A stretch of DNA of 34,749 nt from Patescibacteria group bacterium (GCA_018819015.1 JAHJQY010000004.1:1-34749); one strand, 5' to 3'; counted from the stretch's first letter, positions 7,304 through 16,401 are shown. Made by a program: numbers and translations. The notes: a model not told the origin generated them from the letters alone.

Positions 7304-7951
7304 ATGAGCAGTCAATTAAACAAAAATTTTGTAAGAATATGCGCGGAAACTCTGCCTATCCAAGAGCCGATTTACGAGTTTGGTTCTTTGCAAGTAGAGG
7401 GTAAATTTGCAGACCTCCGTCCATATTTCCCAGAAAAAAAATATGTCGGCGCTGATATGCGGGAGGGATTAGGGGTTGATGTCATTCTTAACCTGCACAA
7501 CATAGACTTGCCAGACAAATCAGTTGGAACGGTTATTGTTTTAAGCACGCTGGAACACGTAGAATTTGCCCGAAAAGCAGTTGAAGAAGCCCACAGAATA
7601 CTCAAACCTAATGGAGTTTTAATAATCAGTTCGGTTATGAATTTTCCAATACACGATTACCCGTCCGATTATTGGAGATTTACTCCCGAAGGGTTCAAAA
7701 GCCTTTTAAGACCGTTTGAAACATCGTTTGTAGAATTTGTCGGAGAGAAAAGTTTTCCTCATACCATAGTCGGAGTGGGCATTAAGGGAATAATATCGGT
7801 GGGGGACGAATTTGTAGAAAGAATTAAACAAATGAAAGCGGACGCAAGGTATGATTTGGTATATTTGATAAAGTCCATTGCTCCGCCGTTTCTTGTGCCA
7901 ACGCTTCGTAAAATTTATAACAAAAGCAAATTTTGCGGGGGGTGGAATTGA
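7304..7951 (+). CDS. Class I SAM-dependent methyltransferase (start probably ATG 7304 rather than TTG 7268)
   Basis: IYEFGS motif I variant, YVGADM, GVDVILNL, LEHV, HRILKPNGVLII, HDYPSDYWRFTPEG. The 3' end overlaps the antisense tRNA. Confidence 0.82.
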   Translation: MSSQLNKNFVRICAETLPIQEPIYEFGSLQVEGKFADLRPYFPEKKYVGADMREGLGVDVILNLHNIDLPDKSVGTVIVLSTLEHVEFARKAVEEAHRILKPNGVLIISSVMNFPIHDYPSDYWRFTPEGFKSLLRPFETSFVEFVGEKSFPHTIVGVGIKGIISVGDEFVERIKQMKADARYDLVYLIKSIAPPFLVPTLRKIYNKSKFCGGWN

Positions 7952-8004
7952 ACCACCTACCTGGAGGTTATGAGCCTCCCGTGCAACCGTTACACTTCCC
8001 CGCG
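7933..8004 (-). tRNA. tRNA-CAU, initiator-like Met (atypical)
   Basis: CGCGGGG/CCCCGCA acceptor with C1:A72 mismatch, GGAGG-CTCATAA-CCTCC anticodon arm, GGTTCAATTCC T arm. Confidence 0.85.
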
Positions 8005-8109
8005 GCAAATGCGTCAAGGCGCAATATTTTTACTTTACAATAAAATTTTTATTATTGCAATCTGGCGGTTTTTACGCTAAATTATATTGTATAAATATTA
8101 AAGGATGAG

Positions 8110-8183
8110 GCCGGGGTAGCTCAGTTGGTTAGAGCATGGGACTCATAAACCCAAGGTCGTGAGTTCGATTCTCACCCTCGGCA
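8110..8183 (+). tRNA. tRNA-CAU (elongator Met or Ile2; cannot be distinguished by eye)
   Basis: GCCGGGG..TAGCTCAGTTGGTTAGAGC..TGGGA-CTCATAA-ACCCA..GTGAGTTCGATTCTCAC..CCTCGGCA. Confidence 0.9.
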
Positions 8184-8198
8184 CATTGAAAAATTTTT

Positions 8199-8276
8199 GG
8201 GCGCGTGGTGTAGCCTGGTTAACACATCTCCCTGTCACGGAGAAGATCGCCGGTTCAAATCCGGTCGCGCCCGCCA
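8199..8276 (+). tRNA. tRNA-Asp(GUC)
   Basis: GGGCGCG..TCTCC-CTGTCAC-GGAGA..GGTTCAAATCC..CGCGCCCG-CCA; CCA encoded. Confidence 0.95.
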
Positions 8277-8317
8277 TTTGTTGCGCTTGAAAACTTATTC
8301 TTTTATTCTGATTTTTC

Positions 8318-8944
8318 TCACCGCGCCGCGACTAGCCCGATTACTTTTTTCGCGCCGGCCTTTTTCAAGGCCCGGCGCGCTTCGTTTATCGTGGCGCCGG
8401 TGGTTGAAACATCGTCCAGCACGAAAATTTCCTTGTCTTTTATGAGTTCGGCATTTTTTACCGAAAAAGTCCCTTCAAGATTTTTTAATCTTTTTTGCCT
8501 GTCTTTTATTTCAACCTGGGAAACCGTATGGCGATTTTTATAAAGGACATTAGTCAGGATTTTAACAGACATTATTTCAGACAAGTGCCGGGCGATTAAC
8601 TCTGCTTGATTAAAGCCCCGTTCCCGTAAGCGTTTAGGGGAAAGCGGAATCGGAATAATAACCAATGTTCGAAGTTCAACTTCGAACATTGGGGACAAGC
8701 GGGAAGATAGAAGTTCAGCCAGGGGTTTGGCGGCTCGCCCGGCTTTTTTATATTTCAGCGCTTTGATAAGTTTTTTAATGACGGGCGATTCATAGGACGC
8801 GGCGCCGAAGATATCGGGCTCATTTTTTTCTGTTTCAGGGTACGGCAATTTCGCCGCGCATTTTTGGCATAATAAGATTTTTTCTTTTCCGCAGCCGAAA
8901 CATTTTTCAGGGAAGATTAGGTTTAAAATGGAATTTATCCACAT
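8318..8944 (-). CDS. comF: ComF family competence protein (phosphoribosyltransferase fold); likely start ATG 8944
   Basis: FPEKCFGC..CQKC zinc ribbon, LKY, IPIPL..RERGFNQAE, VLDDVSTTGATI PRT motif. Confidence 0.9.
   Translation of the reverse strand: MWINSILNLIFPEKCFGCGKEKILLCQKCAAKLPYPETEKNEPDIFGAASYESPVIKKLIKALKYKKAGRAAKPLAELLSSRLSPMFEVELRTLVIIPIPLSPKRLRERGFNQAELIARHLSEIMSVKILTNVLYKNRHTVSQVEIKDRQKRLKNLEGTFSVKNAELIKDKEIFVLDDVSTTGATINEARRALKKAGAKKVIGLVAAR
8662..8692. repeat. TCGAAGTT(C/G)AACTTCGA palindrome, copy 1 (inside comF)
   Basis: CCAATGTTCGAAGTT-C-AACTTCGAACATTGG, perfect 15-bp arms. Confidence 0.85.
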
Positions 8945-9006
8945 AGCGTTATTATTGCAATATAATAAACTATTTTTTGTGATATAATAAAATTGTAAGA
9001 AATGCA

Positions 9007-10113
9007 ATGGCAAAAAACATTTTTACCGAGTTTTTTCCGAAAATAATCAGAATCTGGTCGCAGCATCAGAGTGTTGTTGGTGTGGACATTGGCAGTTCGT
9101 CAATAAAAATTGTGCAATTGAGAAAAGAAAAAGAAAGGGCGTTTTTGGAAACTTACGGCGAGCTGGCCGCGGGGCCTTACGTCAAACAGCCCATCGGCCA
9201 AATTGTGCAGTTGTCCGAGGGAGTGGCAACCGAAATGCTGAAAGATCTTTTTAGAGAATCGGGCGCCAACGCGAAAGAGGCGGCCGTGGCTATTCCGGTT
9301 AAAAGCAGTTTTATCACGACAATCAAGGTTCCGATGGTGGAAGACAAAAAAACCATGGATGAAGTGATAAAATTTGAAGCGCGCAAATATATCCCCGTTC
9401 CGTTTAATGAGGTGGAGGTTGATTGGTGGATTTTGAATACCAGCGAGCCGGAATCTTCGGGTATTGCAAAAAGACAAATAGTGGAAGTGCTTCTGGCCGT
9501 TATCTATAAGGATGCCATTCGAAAATATCAGAATATTTTGTCCGGTTCCAATTTAAAAATAAAATTATTTGAGGTTGAAATTTTTAGCGGATGGCGTTCC
9601 TTGATTTTCAGGCCGACGACGCCGGTGGCAGTCATTGATTTGGGGGCTTCTTCCACCAAGATGAGTATTGTTGAAGCCGGAGTCCTGCGTTCGTCGTTTA
9701 CGATTGATGCGGGCGCCTGCGCCATAACCAACGCCATTTCAAGATCGCTGGGAATCAGTTTTGAGAGAGCCGAAGAAATGAAACAGCAGATAGGTCTTTC
9801 GTCAAAGCCGGAACACAAAGACATTGTAAAAGTTTCAGAATCTGTTTTAAATTTAATTTTTTCAGAGGCCAAGCAGTTTATCCACGCTTATAACAGGAAG
9901 TACAATAGTTCTGTCGGACAGGTGGTTCTGTCGGGAGGAGGAGCGCTGTTGAACGGAGTTGTGGATATGGCCGTTAAAAATTTAGGCGTGGAGGTTGTGC
10001 TGGCCGATCCGTTCGCAAAAACAGATTATCCTCCGTTTTTGCAGGGGGTTTTGAAAGAAATCGGCCCGACATTTTCAACCGCCGCGGGATTAGCCTTAAA
10101 AGGATTATCATAA
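9007..10113 (+). CDS. pilM: Type IV pilus assembly ATPase-like protein PilM
   Basis: VGVDIGSSSIK, EARKYIP, IDLGASST, VVLSGGGALL, C-terminal TAAGLALK (actin/FtsA fold). Confidence 0.93.
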   Translation: MAKNIFTEFFPKIIRIWSQHQSVVGVDIGSSSIKIVQLRKEKERAFLETYGELAAGPYVKQPIGQIVQLSEGVATEMLKDLFRESGANAKEAAVAIPVKSSFITTIKVPMVEDKKTMDEVIKFEARKYIPVPFNEVEVDWWILNTSEPESSGIAKRQIVEVLLAVIYKDAIRKYQNILSGSNLKIKLFEVEIFSGWRSLIFRPTTPVAVIDLGASSTKMSIVEAGVLRSSFTIDAGACAITNAISRSLGISFERAEEMKQQIGLSSKPEHKDIVKVSESVLNLIFSEAKQFIHAYNRKYNSSVGQVVLSGGGALLNGVVDMAVKNLGVEVVLADPFAKTDYPPFLQGVLKEIGPTFSTAAGLALKGLS

Positions 10114-10676
10114 TGCAAGACAAAATATCTTTTATACCAAAAACAAAATATTCGCAGACCGACAAGATTATTTATAGAGGAGCCGGTTTGGGGCAGATTT
10201 TAAAAATTTCTATTTTTTTGTTTGTTTTGTCGTCGTTGTTTTTTTTGGGAACCCTTGTTTACAAGGAGGTTATTAACCGGCAGCTGGACGACCTTTCGGT
10301 TTCTTTGGAGCGGGCCAAGGCGTCTTTTGACTCGGAGGCCATAAAAGAGATGGAAAACTTGTCTTCAGGTATTAGTATGGTCAAAAATTTTATCGCTTAT
10401 CATCCTTTTCCTTCGCGCATTTTTAGTTTTCTTGAAGAGAACACTTTGTCCGGCGTAAGATTTTCAAGGTTTGATTACTCCCATGATCCCGTAAAAGAAA
10501 AAGTTGGTTTGCGCGGAGAGGCAAAAAATTATGCCGCGCTGGCGCAGCAGGTGAAAGTTTTTGAAAAAACAAAAGAGATAGAAAATTTTACTTTTTCCAA
10601 TTTTGTTTTAACTCAAGGAGGCAATGTTTCTTTTGACCTGGAAATAATATTTAATTTTTCTACTTTAAATTTATGA
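10113..10676 (+). CDS. PilN-like pilus assembly protein
   Basis: Basic N-terminus, single TM helix, periplasmic domain with LRGEAKNY; position right after pilM. Confidence 0.65.
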   Translation: MQDKISFIPKTKYSQTDKIIYRGAGLGQILKISIFLFVLSSLFFLGTLVYKEVINRQLDDLSVSLERAKASFDSEAIKEMENLSSGISMVKNFIAYHPFPSRIFSFLEENTLSGVRFSRFDYSHDPVKEKVGLRGEAKNYAALAQQVKVFEKTKEIENFTFSNFVLTQGGNVSFDLEIIFNFSTLNL

Positions 10677-11209
10677 TGAGAAATATAATCAGCCTTTTGT
10701 TTATCGGCGCGGCCATAGCCATGTTTTTGACCTGGACTAACCCGTATTTAAAGGAAATTGAAGAGTTGAGGGGGCAGCGGCTGGCTTTTAATGAAATTCT
10801 TGATACTTCCCGCCAGCTTGTTGAACTGCGAGACAATCTTCTTTCTAAATTTAATTTAATAACGGCCGATGAATTGTCCAAATTTTCAAAGATAATTCCG
10901 GAAAAATCCGAATCAATCAATTTTGTTTTTCAGCTGTCAAATGTGGCCGAAGCAAAAGGAGTTATTATCAAAAATATAAATTTTTACGAAGCGGTTTCTG
11001 CTGATTCTTCTTCTTCTTCTGTCGATTCAGATTACAAAAAATTAAACATAGACGCTTTTTTTCTCGGCTCCTACGAAGGCTTTAAGGCGCTTGTTGAAGA
11101 GATTGAAAACAGCCTGCGTTTAGTGGATATAAATAAGATAATTTTCTCCGCCGATAAAGAAAATTTATACGAGTTTACTATTAAGGCAACCGCTTATTTT
11201 AAAAAATAA
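10673..11209 (+). CDS. PilO-like pilus assembly protein
   Basis: N-terminal TM helix, coiled coil, IIPEK, GSYEGFK..IENSLRLVDI; ATGA-type overlap with the previous gene. Confidence 0.75.
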   Translation: MMRNIISLLFIGAAIAMFLTWTNPYLKEIEELRGQRLAFNEILDTSRQLVELRDNLLSKFNLITADELSKFSKIIPEKSESINFVFQLSNVAEAKGVIIKNINFYEAVSADSSSSSVDSDYKKLNIDAFFLGSYEGFKALVEEIENSLRLVDINKIIFSADKENLYEFTIKATAYFKK

Positions 11210-11214
11210 AAACA

Positions 11215-11511
11215 ATGATAAAAGATAAAGCAAACATCATTTTTATAATTGTTTTGATAATCTTTCTGGCCGCCGGTTATTTTGGGTACACAAAACAGAA
11301 AAATGAACAGTCGGTCGCGGTGAAGGAAAAAAATTTTAAAAATGAAATTTTTAGGAAAGAATTTATCGCGACGATAAACAAAATTAAGACCATGAACTTG
11401 GACACAGAATTTTTTAAGAGCGAGAGTTTTAAATCTTTGAATGATTTAAGTTTTGATATCGGGACGCCTAAATACAAAGGAAAGAAAAATCCTTTTTTGC
11501 CACTAGAGTAA
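11215..11511 (+). CDS. Small membrane-anchored protein ending GKKNPF (PilP positional analogue)
   Basis: N-terminal TM helix; C-terminal NPF resembles the RDPF motif of PilP; lies between pilO and pilB. Confidence 0.5.
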   Translation: MIKDKANIIFIIVLIIFLAAGYFGYTKQKNEQSVAVKEKNFKNEIFRKEFIATINKIKTMNLDTEFFKSESFKSLNDLSFDIGTPKYKGKKNPFLPLE

Positions 11512-11512
11512 T

Positions 11513-13222
11513 ATGTCTTTTGGAGAAACATTGGTCAAGAAAAATATTGTTAGCACCGACCTGCTTGTCAGAAGCAAGAGGGAGGCGAATTCAAAGAATA
11601 TTTCTTTGGAAGAAGTTTTGATTGGAAGCGGCGTTTCAGAAGACGCTATTACCCAAGCAAAAAGCGAAGCGTTTAATATTCCCGTAAAGAAAGTTACGTC
11701 TTCGGTTCATATTCCGTTAGAGATTTTAAAGCAAATACCGGAAGAATCCGCGAAACACTATAAGTTTGTTCCTTTGGCGCTTGAAGACGGCGTTGTGCAT
11801 ATGGGCATTGTTAATCCGGATGACATGGAAGCGCGCGAAGCTTTGCAGTTTTTGTCTTCTAAATTAAATTTGCCTTTTAAGATTTTTTTAATTTCTTTGT
11901 CTGATTTGGAATTTGTTCTGGAAGATTATAGAAGTTTGGGGGGTGAAACCGCAAAGATTTTGGATGAATTGGAGTCAGTCATAGGCCAGAATCTTGTTTT
12001 GGAAAACGCCGAATCTCCGCGGATAAGAAAAGAAGACGCCCCTGTGACTAAAATGGTCGCCGTGATTTTGAAACATGCCATAGAAGGCAAAGCTTCGGAT
12101 GTTCATATAGAGCCCCAGCGCGACAGGCTGAATGTAAGATTCCGTGTGGATGGCATTTTGCATACCAGCCTTACTTTGCCGCTTAAAGTTCACGAGGCCA
12201 TTGTGTCCAGGATAAAAATTCTTACCAACATGAAGCTGGACGAAAAACGCAAGCCGCAAGACGGCCGTTTTGGGGCGCCGGCCCTGGGCCAGCAAGTTGA
12301 TTTCAGGGTTTCTACTTTCCCGACTTTTTTTGGAGAGAAAGTGGTTATAAGGGTTTTGTCGTCCGCTGAATCTTTGAATACGCTGGAAAAACTTGGTTTG
12401 TTGGGCCGCAATCTTGAACTGACAAAAAATGCTCTGAAAAAGCCATACGGCCTAATTCTTGTTACCGGACCCACGGGTTCAGGCAAGACAAGCACTCTTT
12501 ATTCAATGATTAATATGCTTGATAAAGAAAAATTTAATGTGGTTAGCTTGGAAGATCCTGTTGAATATAACATTGCCGGCGTTAGCCAGTCGCAGGTGCG
12601 GCCGGAAATTGATTATGATTTCGCGAGCGGTTTAAGGTCGGTTTTAAGGCAGGACCCGGATATAATCATGGTTGGCGAAATTAGAGACAACGAAACCGCC
12701 GCCTTGGCCATTCGCGCCGCTTTGACCGGCCATTTGGTTTTTTCCACCCTGCATACCAATAATTCTATCAGCGCCATCCCGCGCTTGCTTGATATGGGGA
12801 TTGAGCCGTTTTTGCTGCCGTCCACTTTGATTTTGGTGGTGGCGCAGCGTTTAGTGAGGACTCTTTGCGAAGAATCAAGAAAACCTTTTCGGTTAGAGGG
12901 CGCGATGAAGGAGATAATAGAAAAAGAACTGAAGGACGCTCCGCCGTTTATTAAAACAAAAATCAATATGCCCAAAGAAATATATCAATCTTTTCCGTCA
13001 TCATCCTGCCCTCGGGGAGTGCGCGGCCGCACCGGCATATTTGAGGTTTTTCAAATGACTCCGGAATTGGAAAAAATAATTTTAACAAACGCGGGCGAAT
13101 CTGATATAATGAAAGAAGTGAGAAATCAAGGAATGTTGACAATGAGAGAAGACGGCATTCTGAAAGTTTTGGAAGGAAAGACGGGGCTGGAAGAATTAAA
13201 AGAAAGCGTACAAACAAAATGA
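11513..13222 (+). CDS. pilB: Type IV pilus / T2SS assembly ATPase PilB/GspE
   Basis: ASDVHIEP, RFRVDG, PQDGR, GPTGSGKT Walker A, LEDPVE, LRQDPDIIMVGEIRD, GHLVFSTLHTN. Confidence 0.93.
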   Translation: MSFGETLVKKNIVSTDLLVRSKREANSKNISLEEVLIGSGVSEDAITQAKSEAFNIPVKKVTSSVHIPLEILKQIPEESAKHYKFVPLALEDGVVHMGIVNPDDMEAREALQFLSSKLNLPFKIFLISLSDLEFVLEDYRSLGGETAKILDELESVIGQNLVLENAESPRIRKEDAPVTKMVAVILKHAIEGKASDVHIEPQRDRLNVRFRVDGILHTSLTLPLKVHEAIVSRIKILTNMKLDEKRKPQDGRFGAPALGQQVDFRVSTFPTFFGEKVVIRVLSSAESLNTLEKLGLLGRNLELTKNALKKPYGLILVTGPTGSGKTSTLYSMINMLDKEKFNVVSLEDPVEYNIAGVSQSQVRPEIDYDFASGLRSVLRQDPDIIMVGEIRDNETAALAIRAALTGHLVFSTLHTNNSISAIPRLLDMGIEPFLLPSTLILVVAQRLVRTLCEESRKPFRLEGAMKEIIEKELKDAPPFIKTKINMPKEIYQSFPSSSCPRGVRGRTGIFEVFQMTPELEKIILTNAGESDIMKEVRNQGMLTMREDGILKVLEGKTGLEELKESVQTK

Positions 13223-13671
13223 TGAAGGGAAAAAAAGAAAAAGCCGGTTTTACAATTATTGAATTGATGGTGGTGGTTGCCGCCGCCGCGATGATTTTAT
13301 CGTTTGTCACTTTTCTTTTTGTGGATAGCAAAAAGAGAAGCAGGGATTCTAGAAGGGAGCGAGACATGAAAGAATTGCAGAATGCGTTGAATTTGTATGC
13401 GGGAAGCAATCAGTTGTTTCCTGTTTGCGGCAGGATCGTTATTGACGGGAGCGCCGACTGTCTTTCAAGCGTTTTAATTTCAGGTGAATTTGTTGTACAT
13501 ATGTCAGCCGATCCGCTTGACAAAGGCGAGGGGTCTTGCGGTGTTTCGGACGACCATGTCTATTGTTATACTTCTGAAGATGGGTTTGGTTATATCTTGG
13601 AATATAATCTTGAAACCGATTCAATTTTAGGCAAATCAGCCGGATGGCAAACTATTGTGGTTAGACATTAA
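13219..13671 (+). CDS. Type IV prepilin / GspG-like (minor pilin candidate)
   Basis: KAG|FTIIELMVVV cleavage-methylation motif, SRDSRRERDM, Cys residues. Confidence 0.85.
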   Translation: MMKGKKEKAGFTIIELMVVVAAAAMILSFVTFLFVDSKKRSRDSRRERDMKELQNALNLYAGSNQLFPVCGRIVIDGSADCLSSVLISGEFVVHMSADPLDKGEGSCGVSDDHVYCYTSEDGFGYILEYNLETDSILGKSAGWQTIVVRH

Positions 13672-13705
13672 ATTGTTAACAAATAATTAGCAAAATAAAG
13701 AAAAA

Positions 13706-14104
13706 ATGGAAAAAAATAAAAAAACAAATATTTTTTTGATTGACGATGACGATTTTCTTTTGGAAATATACGCGGTGAAATTTAAGTCGTCCGGTTTTAA
13801 TGTTGAAGTTGCCCGCGGCGGCGAAGAAGCTTTGGCGAAAATAAAAAATGGTTTTTTGCCCGAAGTGATTTTGTTGGATATTTTAATGCCCAAAATGGAT
13901 GGTTTTGAATTTTTGCAAGCGCTGAAAGAAAATAATATGCTGGATAAATTTTTGTTTGTTGTTTTAAGCAACAAGGGCCAGAAAGACGATATGGAAAAAG
14001 GAAAAAAATTCGGTGTTTCCGAGTATATTATAAAGGCTAATTATACACCAAGCGAGGTCGTTGAAAAAGTTAAAGATCTTTTATCAAAAAGCAATGTCAA
14101 GTGA
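13706..14104 (+). CDS. Stand-alone response regulator receiver (CheY-like)
   Basis: IDDDD acidic pocket, LLDILMPKMDG phospho-Asp, VLSN, YIIKA. Confidence 0.92.
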   Translation: MEKNKKTNIFLIDDDDFLLEIYAVKFKSSGFNVEVARGGEEALAKIKNGFLPEVILLDILMPKMDGFEFLQALKENNMLDKFLFVVLSNKGQKDDMEKGKKFGVSEYIIKANYTPSEVVEKVKDLLSKSNVK

Positions 14105-15164
14105 TTATTCTAAACAATTGGCGGAAATAATTTTGACCGTGGTAGAATCGGGCGCTTCCGATATTCATTTTTCCGTCGGCCATCATCCGGCCATAAGAAC
14201 CGGCGGCTCTTTGGTTTTTTTGGGGAAAAATCCTGTTTTGACCCCGAAGGATTTAGAAAGTTTTGTTAGTTTGATGGTTAATGAAAAACAGCGAAAGGAA
14301 CTGCTGGAAAACGGCGAGGTTGATTTCGCTTATGATTTTGAAGGCAAGGCGCGTTTTAGATGCAATGCTTTTAGGCAGCGCGGTTTTTTGGGCATTGCCA
14401 TGCGCGTTGTCCAGCCACGCATAAAAACATTGGAAGAGCTTAATTTGCCGGACGCTTTGAAGACTTTTGCTTTACGGCAGCAAGGATTTTTTTTGGTGGT
14501 TGGGCCGACCGGCCACGGCAAATCAACAACGCTGGCCGCGATGGTTGACGTTATAAATCACGAAACAAGCCGGCATATCATAACGATTGAAGATCCGATA
14601 GAAAGTTTGTTTATTCCGGACAAATCAATTATTGACCAGCGCGAAGTGAGTTATGACACAAAAAGTTTTAACAATGCCTTGCGCGCCATGTTCAGGCAGG
14701 ATGTTGACGTGGCGATGATTGGAGAAATGCGCGACGCCGACAGCATAGCTATTGCCGTAACTGCCGCTGAAACCGGGCACTTGGTTCTTTCGTCTTTGCA
14801 TACGAACAATGCCAGTCAAACAGTGGACAGAATTATTGATTCTTTTCCTTCGGCTAATCAAAATCAAATAAGGCTTCAATTGGCGGGTTCTTTGATCGGC
14901 ATTTTTTCGCAGCGCTTGATTCCTCGTCTTTCCGGCGGGCTGATTCCCGCCTACGAGCTGCTTATTGTTAATACGGCCGTGCGCAATTTAATTAGGGAAG
15001 CCCGGACCCACGAAATAGACATTGTGGTTGAAACCAGCTCCGAAGATGGGATGGTCAGTTTGAATTCATCGCTTTTGAATTTGGTTCGCCAGAGCGAGAT
15101 TTCTTTGGATAGCGCCATGACTTTTTCTATGCGCCCAAAAACATTGATGGAATTGGCAAAATAA
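14094..15164 (+). CDS. pilT: Pilus retraction ATPase PilT/PilU (likely start ATG 14094)
   Basis: ASDIHF, GPTGHGKSTT, TIEDPIE, QREV, RQDVDVAMIGEMRD, AETGHLVLSSLHTN. Confidence 0.93.
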   Translation: MSSDYSKQLAEIILTVVESGASDIHFSVGHHPAIRTGGSLVFLGKNPVLTPKDLESFVSLMVNEKQRKELLENGEVDFAYDFEGKARFRCNAFRQRGFLGIAMRVVQPRIKTLEELNLPDALKTFALRQQGFFLVVGPTGHGKSTTLAAMVDVINHETSRHIITIEDPIESLFIPDKSIIDQREVSYDTKSFNNALRAMFRQDVDVAMIGEMRDADSIAIAVTAAETGHLVLSSLHTNNASQTVDRIIDSFPSANQNQIRLQLAGSLIGIFSQRLIPRLSGGLIPAYELLIVNTAVRNLIREARTHEIDIVVETSSEDGMVSLNSSLLNLVRQSEISLDSAMTFSMRPKTLMELAK

Positions 15165-15166
15165 TC

Positions 15167-16378
15167 ATGCTTTTTAAATATAAAGCGACAACAACAGAAG
15201 GAGAGGTGAAAGAAGGCCAGATGGATGCCGCGACTTTTGAAATCGCCTTGCGGTCTTTGCAAAAAAGAAATCTTATAATAATAACTCTGGAGCCGGTTAA
15301 AAGCGGGGCGGATTTTTTTAAGAAAGACTTGTTTTCTTTTGAGCGCATAAAAAATATTGATATTGTTATATTTTCAAGGCAAGTAGCCACTCTTTTTGAG
15401 GCAAAAGTTCCTGCCCTGACATCTTTTGAGCTTTTGGCGGCCGAAACGGAAAGTCCCGCCTTGAAGCGCTATTTGGCCGAAGTTGTGGATGACATTAAGG
15501 GCGGATTAAGAATTTCAGAGGCAATCGCCAAACATCCAAAGCTTTTCTCGGAATTTTACGTAAACATGGTGAAGTCAGGAGAAGAATCTGGTAAATTGGA
15601 AGAAGTTTTTAAGTATCTGGCCGATTATCTTGAGCGGTCTCATGAACTTTCTTCAAAAGCCGTCAGGGCCCTCGTTTATCCGGCTTTTGTTTTATTTTCT
15701 TTTTTTGCCGTGCTCGTTTTGATGCTCGTTTTTGTTATTCCGCAGCTGGCCAGTATAATAGAAGAAAGCGGGCAGCAGGATGTTCCTATTTACACGGGTG
15801 CCGTTATATGGGTTAGTGGTTTTTTAACCAACTATGGAGCCTTGCTGCTGGTTTTTTTGGTTGCGGGGGTTGTACTTTTTTGGCGCTATAGCAAAACAAA
15901 AGACGGAAAAATGTTTATTTCTCAGCTTCAAATATCCGTTCCTTATATCGGCACGCTTTATAGAAATCTTTATGTTTCAAGAATAACCGATAATTTGCAG
16001 ACTTTGTTTAGCGGCGGAGTGAGTATGCTGAGGTCTTTGGATATCACGTCAGGTGTGATAGGCAACCATGTTTATAAGCTTATTTTGATGGAAACCAAAG
16101 AGGCGGTTAAGGGCGGCGGCAATATTTCTGAGAGTTTTTCCCGCTTTGAACAAATTCCCCGGCTGGCTTCCCACATGATAAAAATAGGGGAAGAAACAGG
16201 AAAATTAAATTTTATTTTGAAAATGCTGGCTGATTTTTACAGAAAAGAAGTTGACCAGTCGCTGGAAATGCTGATTAGCATGCTGGAACCGTTAATGACC
16301 ATAGTTTTGGGCGTTGTGGTCGCTCTTCTTTTGGCTTCCGTGCTGGTTCCGATTTACAATATTGCCATGAGTGTTTAG
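15167..16378 (+). CDS. pilC: Type II secretion F family / PilC platform protein
   Basis: FSRQVATL, GEESGKLEE, VYPAFV, GEETGKL, LEP; three TM segments. Confidence 0.93.
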   Translation: MLFKYKATTTEGEVKEGQMDAATFEIALRSLQKRNLIIITLEPVKSGADFFKKDLFSFERIKNIDIVIFSRQVATLFEAKVPALTSFELLAAETESPALKRYLAEVVDDIKGGLRISEAIAKHPKLFSEFYVNMVKSGEESGKLEEVFKYLADYLERSHELSSKAVRALVYPAFVLFSFFAVLVLMLVFVIPQLASIIEESGQQDVPIYTGAVIWVSGFLTNYGALLLVFLVAGVVLFWRYSKTKDGKMFISQLQISVPYIGTLYRNLYVSRITDNLQTLFSGGVSMLRSLDITSGVIGNHVYKLILMETKEAVKGGGNISESFSRFEQIPRLASHMIKIGEETGKLNFILKMLADFYRKEVDQSLEMLISMLEPLMTIVLGVVVALLLASVLVPIYNIAMSV

Positions 16379-16401
16379 TGTTTGCCCCGCCAGCGGCTGG
16401 G

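Noticed and set aside
5209-8004. Prophage or integrative element between the tRNAs
   Set aside because: No integrase, phage genes or duplicated tRNA 3' end found; a 9-bp GAGGGCGAG match near 5620 is too short to call an att site.
7706-8445. ORFs 7706-8017 (-) and 8197-8445 (+)
   Set aside because: Translations of tRNA-Met and tRNA-Asp sequence and antisense comF.
11003-11020. (TCT)n run encoding poly-Ser in pilO
   Set aside because: Short in-frame triplet repeat in a linker; cannot phase-vary the frame.
16385-16401. CCAGC-G-GCTGG mini-palindrome after pilC
   Set aside because: Only 5-bp arms and no T tract; cannot be distinguished from chance.
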